Assembly: GCA_017499595.2 (NCBI GenBank)
Contig: CM039001.1
Span: forward strand, 3,596,001 to 3,660,000
Reading direction: 5' to 3'
Length of the DNA: 64,000 nt
Source: Psilocybe cubensis
Lineage: Eukaryota
Shown here piece after piece: positions 48,915 through 59,855 of this stretch (positions within the stretch are counted from its first letter, which is position 1; every line of letters begins with the position of its first letter). Below the pieces are notes generated by a model, which worked only from the letters and a program-made list of their open reading frames with translations, was not told the origin of the DNA and ran no database searches. A program made the translations under genes and the position numbers.

Positions 48915-50024
48915 ATGGACATGGACCCCTCCCAATTGCCTCCCACCACTCCTTCTGTGGAAGAGCTCATGCATCAGGTCCAGCTCCTTACCCAAGAGTT
49001 GAATTTTCTTAGACAGCAGCAGCAGTCATCATCCACTCCACCACACCCTCAGCAACCAGTCAGTCAGTCACCATCATCACCACCACCACCACCACCTGCT
49101 GCTCTAGATATTCACTCTTTCCCTACCCCTCATGTTGCCCCTTCCTGTTCACACTCTGTCATTAAAGTCTCACCTCCAGATCCATTTGATGGTTCTATGG
49201 AGAAGGCAGAAAACTTCCTCAGTCAGCTCAAATTATATTTCTATGGGAAAGGGATTACAGATGACTTTCAGAAAGTTATTTGTGCTCTATCTCATATGAA
49301 AGGAGGTACTGCTGGGAAGTGGGCATATGAGAAGACTAAAGTAATAGACAATGCTCAGTCCCAAGAAGGTCTTTGGGCTGACTTTGTTTATGAATTTAGG
49401 GAAGTGTTTGCAGATCCAGACCCCTCCAACACAGCTAAGCATAAAATGCACATGCTCAAGCAAGGCAGACAGACTGCTGATGAGTATGTTGCTAGCTTCA
49501 GGGCTCTGATCTCAGATACTGGGTATAATGATGCTGCTTTGGTAGACCAATTCAAGGCTGGGCTCAATGAAACTCTCAGGAATGCAGTCTACTATGTTCC
49601 TGACATGCCCAAAACCTTGGATGAATGGATTAAATGGAGTACTAGGCTAGATAGGCAGTGGAGACAGAGTGAGGCCTTTACCAAGTCTCTTTCCTCCTCC
49701 TCATCTTCTCCCTTTCTTAAAGCCCCAACTCCCAAGGCTGTTCCTAAGCCTACTCCAAATCCTCCAGTCTTTTCCAACAGCAGCTCAAGGACCTTTGGTG
49801 CTCAGGCAAAGCAACCAGATGTAGTTTCCATGGAGGTTGACTCTGGATGGAAGTCAGTTAGGCCAATTGTTTGCTTCAAGTGCAGAAAGCCTGGTCATAA
49901 GGCTGTAAACTGCAGGTCATCAGTTAACATCAATGCTATGACCCATGAAGAACTGGCTGACTACTTTGGGAAATTAATCTTGGAAGGCAAGGAGCAGAAA
50001 GATGAGGAAAAGAAAAATTTTTAG
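48915..50024 (+). CDS. gag: Gag of element 2
   Basis: PDPFDGS, LSHMKGGTAGKW, LKQGRQTADEY, QFKAGL; CFKCRKPGHKAVNC. Confidence 0.95.
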   Translation: MDMDPSQLPPTTPSVEELMHQVQLLTQELNFLRQQQQSSSTPPHPQQPVSQSPSSPPPPPPAALDIHSFPTPHVAPSCSHSVIKVSPPDPFDGSMEKAENFLSQLKLYFYGKGITDDFQKVICALSHMKGGTAGKWAYEKTKVIDNAQSQEGLWADFVYEFREVFADPDPSNTAKHKMHMLKQGRQTADEYVASFRALISDTGYNDAALVDQFKAGLNETLRNAVYYVPDMPKTLDEWIKWSTRLDRQWRQSEAFTKSLSSSSSSPFLKAPTPKAVPKPTPNPPVFSNSSSRTFGAQAKQPDVVSMEVDSGWKSVRPIVCFKCRKPGHKAVNCRSSVNINAMTHEELADYFGKLILEGKEQKDEEKKNF

Positions 50025-53000
50025 AAGCACCATTGGTGAAAGACATGTCCCAATGGAATAGATTTAATGTACTAGAAAATGAAATTGACAGACTTGATCC
50101 TCAGTCTTCAGATTCTGGTGCAGAAATCATGTCTTCTTCTTCCTCTCTTTCTACCTTCCCTGAAAAGATCTACATCCTCAACCATAATCCTAAAACCTCT
50201 ACCCATTTGTCTGTCATCTTAAAGACAATGGACACAGAGAAAAGGTTATCTGTTGATGCTTTGCTTGATTCTGGAGCTACTGGCCTCTTTCTGCATTCTG
50301 GTTTTGTGAAGTATCATAATCTCAACACAAGGAAACTTCCTAGAGCCATTCCAGTCTATAATGTTGATGGTACTCTCAACAAGAGTGGCTCTATCCATGA
50401 GGAAGTAGACTTAATTATGGTACACAAGAACCATACAGAAAGGGCCACCTTTGCTGTTTGTGACTTGGGAGACAAATCTGCTATCATTGGACATACTTGG
50501 CTTTGGCACCATAATCCAGATGTTGATTGGAAGACAGGGGATGTTCAGTTTATTAGATGTCCCTCTGACTGCCAAATGGAAGCCAAAAGAGCCAGAAGAA
50601 AGAGGCAGAGAATAGCTGCAGTCAAAAGGAGGAAACTCCCTCAATTTGATGAAGAAGAAGATGATTCTATTGAAGATTCTTCTGATTCTGAGATTGAGCC
50701 TGAGGACAGAATTTTCATCTCATACCTTCATCCTCAGAAGCAGTCTATTAATGCTACTTCTACTATGTCTCAAAGATTAGCAGAAGAGTCTCATCAGCAA
50801 GCTGATTCTCCTAAGAAAACCTTTGAAGAAACTGTCCCTAAGCACTATCACCAGTTTAAAGGTGTTTTTTCAAAGGAATCTTTTGATAGGCTACCAGACA
50901 GGAAGCCTTGGGATCATGCTATTGAGCTGAAACCTGGTTCTGAACCTTATAGATCCAAGATTTATCCTCTCTCTCCCAATGAACAAAAGGAACTTGATGC
51001 CTTTTTAGAGGAAAATCTGAAGTCTGGCAGGATTAGACCCTCCAAGTCACCTATGGCCTCCCCTGTATTCTTTGTCAAGAAGAAGGATGGATCTCTTAGG
51101 CTTGTCCAGGACTATAGGAAACTGAATGAAATGACCATCAAGAACTCCTACCCCCTTCCATTGATTTCTGACATTATCACCAAACTCAGCAAAGCCAAAT
51201 ACTTCACCAAACTTGATGTTAGGTGGGGATTTAACAATGTCAGAATCAAAAAGGGAGATGAATGGAAAGCAGCCTTTAGAACCAATAGAGGGCTGTTTGA
51301 ACCATTGGTCATGTTCTTTGGTTTAACCAATAGTCCTGCTACCTTCCAAACTATGATGAATGATATCTTTATTGAGCTCATTGATGGAAATGTTGTCATT
51401 GTCTACATGGATGACATTTTAATTTTCACTGAGACTCTTGATCATCATAGAGAGGTAGTCAAGCAAGTTCTGCAAATCCTAGAACAGAACAAACTCTACC
51501 TTAAAGCAGAGAAATGTGAATTTGAAAAGGAAAAGATTGAATATCTTGGACTAATCATTTCACAAGGCAGGATTGAGATGGATCCTGTCAAGGTAGAGGG
51601 AGTTTCTAAATGGCCTGAACCTGAAAATGTCAAGGATGTCCAATCATTCTTGGGATTTGTTAATTTTTATAGAAGGTTCATAGAGGATTTTGCAGACATT
51701 GCTAAGCCCCTTCATGAATTGACAAAGAAAGGAACAGTCTGGAGATGGAGTCTTAGACAGCAGGAAGCCTTTGACCAGTTAAAGAAGAAAGTCACTTCTT
51801 CACCTGTCTTGATTTTCCCTGATGATAACAAGCCATATAAAGTTGAAGCAGACAGTTCAGATTATGCTACTGGGGCTGTTTTATCTCAGGAAGGATCAGA
51901 TGGGAAATGGCATCCTGTAGCCTTTATGTCTAAGAGTCTATCTGAAGTAGAAAGGAATTATGAGATCCATGACAAAGAGATGCTGGCTATTATCAGAGCA
52001 CTAGATGAATGGAGACATTATCTTGAAGGAACCCAACATCCCTTTGAGATTTGGACAGACCACAAAAACTTAGAGTACTTTATGGTTGCCCAAAAGCTCA
52101 GCAGAAGGCAAGCCAGATGGTCACTCTTCCTGTCCAGATTTGATTTTACTCTTCATCATAGGCCTGGTAAAAGATCTCTTAAGCCAGATGCTTTGTCTAG
52201 GAGACCAGATCATAAAAAGGGAGAGAATGATAACCAAAATGTAGTTCTCCTCAAACCTTCCTACTTTAAAATCCAGGCTCTCAAGCAGGGTCATGCTACC
52301 ATTACTGGTGCAGAAAATGATCTTCTTAAGAAGATTAGAGAAGCTAAGGAGATGGATGAAAAGGTGGTCAAGGCAGTTCAGGAGCTCAAGAAATCTTCTA
52401 CCAAGAAGATTGAAGGACAGGAATGGTCAGAAGAACAAGGCCTTATTCTCTACAGGGGGAAGGTGTATGTTCCCAAGGACAAAGATCTTAGAAGAAAGAT
52501 TGTGGAACTGCACCATGATGCCTTCATTGCTGGACATCCAGGGAAATGGAAGACAATTGAGCTAGTCTCTAGGAATTATTGGTGGCCAGGAATGTCACAT
52601 TTTATTGCAGCCTATACCAGAGGTTGTGATAGATGCAACAGAACCAAAACCTTTCCAGCCAAACCTCTTGGCCTCTTGATTCCTACTGAGATTCCCTCTG
52701 ATGTCTGGCAATGCATCTCTGTGGACTTTATTATGGGATTACCAGAATGTCAAGGGTATAATGCCATTATGGTGGTTGTGGATAGACTTAGTAAAATGAT
52801 CCACATTATCCCTACTACAGATGAAGTCACTTCTGAAGGGACAGCCAGACTATACAGAGATTATGTCTGGAAACACCATGGCTTACCCATTAAAATTCTG
52901 TGTGATAGAGGTCCACAATTTGTCTCAAGGTTTATGAAAGAACTCAACTCAATACTTGGTATCCAGACAGCCTCATCTACAGCCTATCATCCCCAAACTG

Positions 53001-53902
53001 ATGGTCAGACTGAAAGAGTTAACCAAGAAATTGAGCAGTATCTTAGACTCTTTATAAACCATAAACAAGATGATTGGGTTGAATGGTTAGCTCTAGCTGA
53101 ATTCTCTTATAACAATAGAGTTCAGGCTTCAACCAGGCAGACACCATTCATGCTCAATAATGGCAGACATCCCAGAATGGGCACTGAACCCCTTAGAGAT
53201 AGTAAAATGGACACTGTGAATACCTTTGTGAAAAATATGGAAGAAGCCAGGAAAGAAGCAGAGTCTGCACTTAGAAAAGCTGCTGATGATATGGCTAAAT
53301 TCTATAATAGACACAGAGGTACTCCAACTCAGTACAAAGTTGGGGATTTGGTATGGTTGGATGGCAAGGACCTCAAAACTGATAGGCCCTCCAAGAAATT
53401 GGATGATAAAAGATATGGGCCTTACAAAATTACCAAAGTTATTAGCCCTAATGCCTATGAGCTTAAGCTGCCATCTACCATGAAAATCCATCCAGTGTTC
53501 AATGTGGTTAAACTTCTACCTTATCACCCAGATATTGTAGGAAGAAAGCCTCCTTCTAGACCACCTCCTGTCATTCAAGGAGAAAATCCTGAGTGGGAAG
53601 TTGAATTTATCAAGGACAGCAGACTTTTTAGAAACAAACTTCAATATTTGGTCAAGTGGAAGAACTATCCTAATGAAGAATGCACTTGGGAGCCTGCAGA
53701 GCATTTAAAAAATGCTTCTAAGGCTATCAAGGACTTCCATGCCAAACATCCTTCAGCACCTAGAAGGATTTCTGCTGTGACCTTTGATAGACTTTCTTTC
53801 ACTCCTATTATTAACTTTACTGAACCTCCTCCTCTTCTTAAACCCTCTAAACTAACCCATCCATGTGCACATTGTGGAAAATGTGCCTTAGAGAGGGGGT
53901 GA
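50018..53902 (+). CDS. pol: Pol of element 2 (PR-RT-RH-IN-chromodomain), in the -1 frame relative to gag
   Basis: LLDSGA, YMDDILI, EADSSDYA, TDHKNL, SVDFIMGLP, CDRG, QTDGQTERVNQEIE, GPY; chromodomain EWEVEFIKDSR...YLVKWKNYPNEECTWEP; slippery A AAT TTT at 50015-50021 directly before the gag TAG. Confidence 0.97.
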   Translation, partial: FLEAPLVKDMSQWNRFNVLENEIDRLDPQSSDSGAEIMSSSSSLSTFPEKIYILNHNPKTSTHLSVILKTMDTEKRLSVDALLDSGATGLFLHSGFVKYHNLNTRKLPRAIPVYNVDGTLNKSGSIHEEVDLIMVHKNHTERATFAVCDLGDKSAIIGHTWLWHHNPDVDWKTGDVQFIRCPSDCQMEAKRARRKRQRIAAVKRRKLPQFDEEEDDSIEDSSDSEIEPEDRIFISYLHPQKQSINATSTMSQRLAEESHQQADSPKKTFEETVPKHYHQFKGVFSKESFDRLPDRKPWDHAIELKPGSEPYRSKIYPLSPNEQKELDAFLEENLKSGRIRPSKSPMASPVFFVKKKDGSLRLVQDYRKLNEMTIKNSYPLPLISDIITKLSKAKYFTKLDVRWGFNNVRIKKGDEWKAAFRTNRGLFEPLVMFFGLTNSPATFQTMMNDIFIELIDGNVVIVYMDDILIFTETLDHHREVVKQVLQILEQNKLYLKAEKCEFEKEKIEYLGLIISQGRIEMDPVKVEGVSKWPEPENVKDVQSFLGFVNFYRRFIEDFADIAKPLHELTKKGTVWRWSLRQQEAFDQLKKKVTSSPVLIFPDDNKPYKVEADSSDYATGAVLSQEGSDGKWHPVAFMSKSLSEVERNYEIHDKEMLAIIRALDEWRHYLEGTQHPFEIWTDHKNLEYFMVAQKLSRRQARWSLFLSRFDFTLHHRPGKRSLKPDALSRRPDHKKGENDNQNVVLLKPSYFKIQALKQGHATITGAENDLLKKIREAKEMDEKVVKAVQELKKSSTKKIEGQEWSEEQGLILYRGKVYVPKDKDLRRKIVELHHDAFIAGHPGKWKTIELVSRNYWWPGMSHFIAAYTRGCDRCNRTKTFPAKPLGLLIPTEIPSDVWQCISVDFIMGLPECQGYNAIMVVVDRLSKMIHIIPTTDEVTSEGTARLYRDYVWKHHGLPIKILCDRGPQFVSRFMKELNSILGIQTASSTAYHPQTDGQTERVNQEIEQYLRLFINHKQDDWVEWLALAEFSYNNRVQASTRQTPFMLNNGRHPRMGTEPLRDSKMDTVNTFVKNMEEARKEAESALRKAADDMAKFYNRHRGTPTQYKVGDLVWLDGKDLKTDRPSKKLDDKRYGPYKITKVISPNAYELKLPSTMKIHPVFNVVKLLPYHPDIVGRKPPSRPPPVIQGENPEWEVEFIKDSRLFRNKLQYLVKWKNYPNEECTWEPAEHLKNASKAIKDFHAKHPSAPRRISAVTFDRLSFTPIINFTEPPPLLKPSKLTHPCAHCGKCALERG

Positions 53903-54352
53903 TGTCAGGGTTTCTCCAGTTTCCCCTCTTTATCTTCACAGAATTATCTTATCCTTTCATTATCTTATCAATTATCTGATTAGATAGTTTATTTCTTTCA
54001 TCACAGCCTTTTTGCTCCACTTCTTTCTAGTAAATTCTATATGATTCCTAGTCTTACTCATCCTTTTTCTATATGATGTCACTTTTATTCTTTAACCTTC
54101 CTTTATGATGTAATGTAGGGAATATTCTAGAATAGCTGTAGAGTATAAATACTGGACTTGTAGGTAGCTGTAGCTTCAGCTTCAATCTCTTAGGATATCC
54201 ACTATCATTGGTGTGATCTCTTAGAATCATTGAATCTCTCTCACACTCTTATTCTCTCTTTGCTCTCTTATTCTCCCTCTACTCTCTCTCTCTCTGCCTT
54301 GCTTGATCTTTGTTGGTGGCCTTGTCACACTGATTATAGTGTTGCCCTGACA
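53903..54352 (+). repeat. 3' LTR of element 2
   Basis: Direct repeat of 47961-48410. Confidence 0.97.
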
Positions 54353-57300
54353 GGAACGCTTTAACAAGACGCTAGAGAAACACCTTGCAGAAACGGAAGA
54401 GGCACTGGAGCTCAATACGGGGCAGGAGATAGACAGGGAAGTTTTGCGACTGACCAAAGCTCTGCAGAATACCATCAAGGACGAGGTAAAGCTACGCAAA
54501 CCTCTCCCGGAGTCGAAACGATGGTGGACCAGCGAAGTGGAGGAAGCCAAAAGGTATAAAAACAGAATGGGCAGCCTGCACCACAGGTTTCGCGCATATC
54601 CTGACCACCCATGCCATCTCGAGTTCAAAGCCGCGAAAAGAGTCTTTGCCAGACTAGTTCTTGACACGAAGCGCAACCACTGGAGCGACTGGCTCCTCGA
54701 AGCCGAGGGCACCGACATCTGGACAGCAAACCGGTATTTCAAGAACCCCGTCGGGGACGGGGGCAGACCCAGAATACCTTCGCTGACAATAACTAACGAA
54801 TACGATGAAAGGGAGGATGTAACGTCAAATGCAGACAAAGCGAAGTTATTCGCGCATACGTTCTTTCCAAAGAAGCCAAACCACTCCTCTGTACCGCAGG
54901 ATTACGAGTACCCTGAAGCAATACAAGACGACGGATATGTCACCCGCCAGCAGATTCAACGCCAACTGGGGAGGCTCTCTCCCTACAAGGCCTGCGGAAT
55001 TGACGAGATACCCAACGTAGTCTTGCAGAAAACGGCACCACTCATAATCAACCGCCTGCACTCGATCTACAATGCGATTCTCAAGACTGGGCACTACCCA
55101 GAGCCCTGGAAACACTCTATTACGGTCGTCCTCAAGAAGCCGGGCAAACCTGACTACAAAACAGCAAAAGCATACAGACCAATAGCCCTGCTGAACACAC
55201 TGCCCAAGGTTCTAACGGCAATTGTTGCTGAACGAATCAGTCACCTGGTAGAACAACATAACCTCCTCCCGAATACCCACTTTGGAGGGAGACCGGGACG
55301 TACAACGGCAGATGCCATGCACTATATGGTCGACAAGGTCAAGACAGCGTGGAGAAAAGAGAAAGTGGTCTCGATGCTCTTCCTCGACGTGGAAGGCGCC
55401 TTCCCAAACGCCGTGACGGACCGTCTCTTGCACAATCTGAAGAAACGCAGAATACCAGAAGTCTACGTCAAGTTTATTCGAGAACTGCTCAGAGACAGAA
55501 AAACAAAACTGAAGTTTGACGACTTCATTTCAGAACTGATGAAGATCGACAACGGGATCGGTCAAGGAGACCCACTGTCTATGATCTTGTACATCATCTA
55601 CAACGCTGATCTTCTTGAAATAGTAGACCGCAGTAATGGCGAGGACGCGATCGGATACGTGGACGATGTAACACTGGTGGCAACGGGGAATGACTTCGAC
55701 GAAACCACAGACAAGCTGAGTATTCTAATTCACAAAGAGGACGGAGCTCTCACCTGGAGCGATAGACATAACTCAAAATTCGCACCCGCGAAGCAAGCGG
55801 TGATGCACCTCGATCCACGCAACCCCAATTCTCTCGAGCACCCTCAACTAGAAGTCAACGGTGAGTTAGTCCCGCTGGTCCGTGACTTCAAATGTCTAGG
55901 CTTTCGCCTAGACTGCCAGCTACGGTGGAAAACGCACTTGCAGAAAGCTATTGAGCGGGCGACGGCATGCGTCAACTACTTTCGACGATTAGCAAAACCC
56001 ACAACCGGCATCCACCCATACCTTCTCCGTCAGCTGTACATAGCGACCGTCTTGCCGAGGCTCACATACGGGATCGACGTTTGGTACACACCGCCAACAA
56101 AACCGATCGGGTACAAGAATAACGTGGGGTCCATAGCAGCGCTGAAGAGAATGACGTCAATTCAGAGAAAGGCCACACTGGCAATAACAGGCGCAATGAG
56201 ATCAACTCCTACGGAGTTGCTGGACGCCTATGCAGGTGTCCTCCCCCTCGAGTTAGCACTGCTCAAGGCCTGCCACAGGGCCCTCGTCCGAATGGCAACT
56301 CTACCTAGCACACACCCGCTACACAAGGCACTATCTAGAGCCGAAACCAACCCGGCAAAACGACACAGGTCCCCGATCAACAACCTCATACAAATATTTG
56401 ACCTAAAACCGAGCACGATCGAAACAATACGACCTACGCCATACCCAACGAACTATAGGCCACCCTTCAAAATTGTGATAGCAAGCTCCAGGGAGAAATC
56501 GATGAGGTACGAGAAGGAGAGCAAAGCTAACGTTAGGGTTTACACCGATGGTTCTAGCCACAACAATGGCACGGGAGGAGCGGCTATACTATTCAGAACA
56601 CGACGAGACAGGCATGGTAAGGTACTGCGTAAGTACCTGGGCACCAAGGAGGACCACAACACCTACGAGGCAGAGGCGGTAGGAGGCCTACTGGCCTCCA
56701 AACTCATCCGAAACGAAGAAACGACGCATCAAGACGTGATCGACGTCTTCAGCGACAATCAGTCCTTACTCCAGAACCTACGATGGCCTAAAGCTAAGTC
56801 AGGACAGCAGATCATGTTAGACATTGATGAAGCTTTTCGTACCCTGCAGGGCAACATCACGCTACACTGGATATCAGGTCACTCCGACGTGTTCGGGAAC
56901 GAACGTGCGGACGAAGAAGCGAAACGGGCAGCAGACGGCGACTCCTCTCCCAGCGACGACCTACCCGCCTCGCTACAAACCACGATGAAGCGCAGCGCGT
57001 CTGCGGAGAAGCAAGCGTACCAGGAAGAGTTGATGACAATCTGGAGAGACCGATGGAATTCATCAAGGAGAAAACAAAAATTCGCCACAATAGACACCGA
57101 GTTCCCATTCAACAAATTCCGGAAAGCTACAAAGAAGCTCAACAGGACCCAGGCCAGCGTATTGATCCAGCTGCGAACCGGGCACGTTCCGCTGAATAGC
57201 CATCTCAGCAAGTTTACCGCAAACCTAGACGAATACTGCCCAAAGTGTTTTGAGAGAAGAGGGGGGAGGAAGGCGGTGGAGACAGTAGAACACTTCATAT

Positions 57301-58050
57301 TCGAGTGCAAGAGGTATCGCCGTCAAAGGAGAGAACTCTGGAACGAACTAGGGGAGGAATGCACGAGCCTCGAAGAACTAACAACAAAATACAATTACAT
57401 CAAGGCCTTACTACAATACATCGCGAAAACCAAACGACTTCGACCCTACAAAGAAGACCTATTACGACGGGGGACTGAAGAAGAGGAGGACGAATGAAAT
57501 CGAGGATGTACACCACAACACACGCACGAACGAGTCATTGCAAGAGGTGAAGAGCAGGCGAAGGAGCCTATATAAAAAGAGCTGGAGGCGTCATCTCAAA
57601 CGGCTTAGGAAGGCTGGGCTAAGTGGGGGGACGTGAGGGCCCCCCATAGCGCAGAGATGGGCCGGGGAAGGCTCGCCACGCTACAGGAGCGTTGTAGGTA
57701 CTTAGGTAGAACCAAGCCAAGGGAGGGGCTCCCCCCTCAGAGGCTATAACACAAAACAAAAAAAAAAAAAAAAAAAAAAGCATCATCGCTGCTGGCAGAC
57801 TCTCTCCAGAGTGTTCACAGGGTTTACACACTCCGGGTCTAAAAGGTAGTGAACTAATTTCAGAATCGACTATTGTCTTGTTCCGGGTGGAGTCATACCG
57901 ACGAGGATGTACAGAAGCTACAATTAAACAACAACGAGGCACACATTCAACGCATGCAAACTTTAGTGGTATAAAGCCGCTCTTTCTGTTTTATTATTCT
58001 ACTGTACAATCTTCCATTCCATTCCCATTACCACCACTACAGCTACTACC

Positions 58051-59046
58051 ATGCAGTCGGGCACTGAAAAATCTACGCAGCGCCCAGCGGTTATCATAAG
58101 CAACTGTGGCAACATTACCACCACCGTGACCAACAACTACACTGATACCAACTACGACTTCGCGGGATTCGGTTCAAATGGTTTCAACGCGCACAATGCT
58201 CATTTTGCATTTGGTCCTGCCAACGCCGCGCATAGTAGCAGAATGCCAGGTACTGGCAGAAGAACCTACTCCCACAAGAAGACATCGACATCGACATCTC
58301 ACAGCCAGACACATCAGACAAGAACTAGCACAGCGAGCCGCCCGGGTCGTGCCCAAGCCCAACAAGTGCCCGTGCCAAATTTTGCTGCCAGTGGAGATCG
58401 ACTAGGCGCCGACATACAGAACTATGTGCATGACGTGCTGAGTCTGCATGGGCTGGGTCATCATCTTCATCCATGGGGGATGGGTTCGACAGGACTCAAC
58501 GGGGACTCAGACAGTCACCCTAATGAGCACCCTGAAGCTGAAGATCATACTGCTGGCAGACGCACGACGACCGAGACGTGTGAGATTTCGGAGGATGGGA
58601 CTAGAACGAAAACAAGAACGGTTCATGTCACGCAGGATTTTGGGAGCCCTGGAGAGTGTGATACTGGCATCCGAGTACATATTGGCACCGACCCAGGTTT
58701 GTGCAATATTGGATCATCTACGGGAGCTCACTCGATGGCTTCAGGTGAGCGTGAGCATAATTAACAGTTCTGTTTGATCTCATTCATACTACTGCTGGCT
58801 GCGCATCACCACCCCACATCCAACCCTTTTGATACAGATATTCCCGGACCACCTCCAGCGTATTCAGCTTCTCCGCCCAAAACTGAAATCGTTGCGAATA
58901 ATTTGAATAGCGCATCTACGCCGACTCAAGCCACGAGTACGAAGCAAAGCAATGATGGTGTGGATGTTGTGAAACGCGACCCCAGAAAATCATGGATAAA
59001 GCGTTTGGGTGGTAAACTCAAAAGGTCGTTGAGCTGGTTCTTCTGA
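58051..59046 (+). CDS. Low-complexity hypothetical protein (Y), paralog of X; splice acceptor possibly broken
   Basis: MQSGTEKSTQRPAVIISNCGN resembles X's MPSGLAKSTSHPHTVVITDSNN; a second ORF has PPPAY and C-terminal SWIKRL...SWFF; GT donor at 58745 with no in-frame AG acceptor seen. Confidence 0.55.
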
Positions 59047-59855
59047 GACGGTGGTCTACAATAGGGTGGGGTCGACTCAGAACCGTGGCGGCATGTAGGA
59101 AAGAACTAATACTAAGCCTTCGGATGACATCGCACTAGTCAAAGTAGCTTTCAGTTATATACCTGTACAGTCTCACGAAACATGGATTACATTAAGATAA
59201 AAGACTTTGAAGGCTGATGTCAACGAAGGGCGTGAGTTGTTATATAACGGTAGAACCGATTATCGATTGCAGAAAACTGGCGTATCTTTCATCATCCTTG
59301 CCGGGGTCGACGCACGTCCTTGGCGTATCACTATCTTTGTGTTTTCAATTCAAAGTCAAAGGAAGGGTATATGAGATGAGTTGAATTTCTCTTCCTTCAT
59401 GAAGATCTGGGTCAAGCTTGTGACCTTGCTTAGCGCCGTAATAGCTGCCCACAAGACGTCGACGCCGTAATACGCACTAGGAAGTCAATAGTGCCGAGTG
59501 ATTTCAAGCTGGCCGAGGTCTTATTAATAAAACAGAAATCTTATTCCAACAGCCTTCACATAATTCCAACCGTTACGAGTAACTTGTTCTCAATTCAAGA
59601 GGAGCCAGAGGTAGAACCGTCATATAAATAGCTGTTACTGGCGTTATTCGCCATCAATATCATTTGCAATGATCGTCCTTTTGCCCAGACAAGCTGTTTA
59701 GACGCTATTCCATATAACTCATTATTTCTCCCGTATCTTCTCCTGCTATAGATTGCAAATGCAAATAACTTCGGAAGAGCAAATTGGACTTTTTAAAATA
59801 ACATTTTTTACATCAACAAGGCATTAGCATTTTTGTAAGTAAATGGTGTTACTAG

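Larger units (their letters stand above)
47961..54352 (+). mobile_element. Full-length Ty3/Gypsy chromovirus 2 (apparently CpG-free, canonical chromodomain), nested in LINE ORF2
   Basis: 450-bp TG...CA LTRs, 5-bp TSD GGAAC (47956-47960 and 54353-54357), PPT AGAGAGGGGGTGA, intact gag and pol. Confidence 0.98.
47147..57497 (+). pseudogene. LINE ORF2 (APE endonuclease, RT, RNase H, C-terminal CCHC) with premature TGA at 47354-47356, split by the LTR insertion after 47960
   Basis: ILQINLNKS, LIQEP, AGDFNQHH, TDHYPI (APE); YRPIALLNT, FLDVEGAF, GIGQGDPLS, YVDD (RT); YTDGS, WISGHSDVFGNERAD (RNase H). The frame continues TGG GAA C|GC TTT across the insertion. Confidence 0.93.
45327..57779 (+). mobile_element. 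Full-length Tad-like LINE with RNase H, interrupted by Ty3/Gypsy element 2
   Basis: TSD (AA)GCATCATCGC at 45315-45326 and 57778-57789; poly(A) tail ending 57779; ORF1 with CCHC knuckles; ORF2 APE-RT-RNaseH-CCHC. Confidence 0.95.

Noticed and set aside
23905-57310. Numerous antisense or overlapping ORFs inside MDH1, pol genes and the LINE
   Set aside because: Shadow ORFs from codon bias of the real genes; no recognisable motifs.
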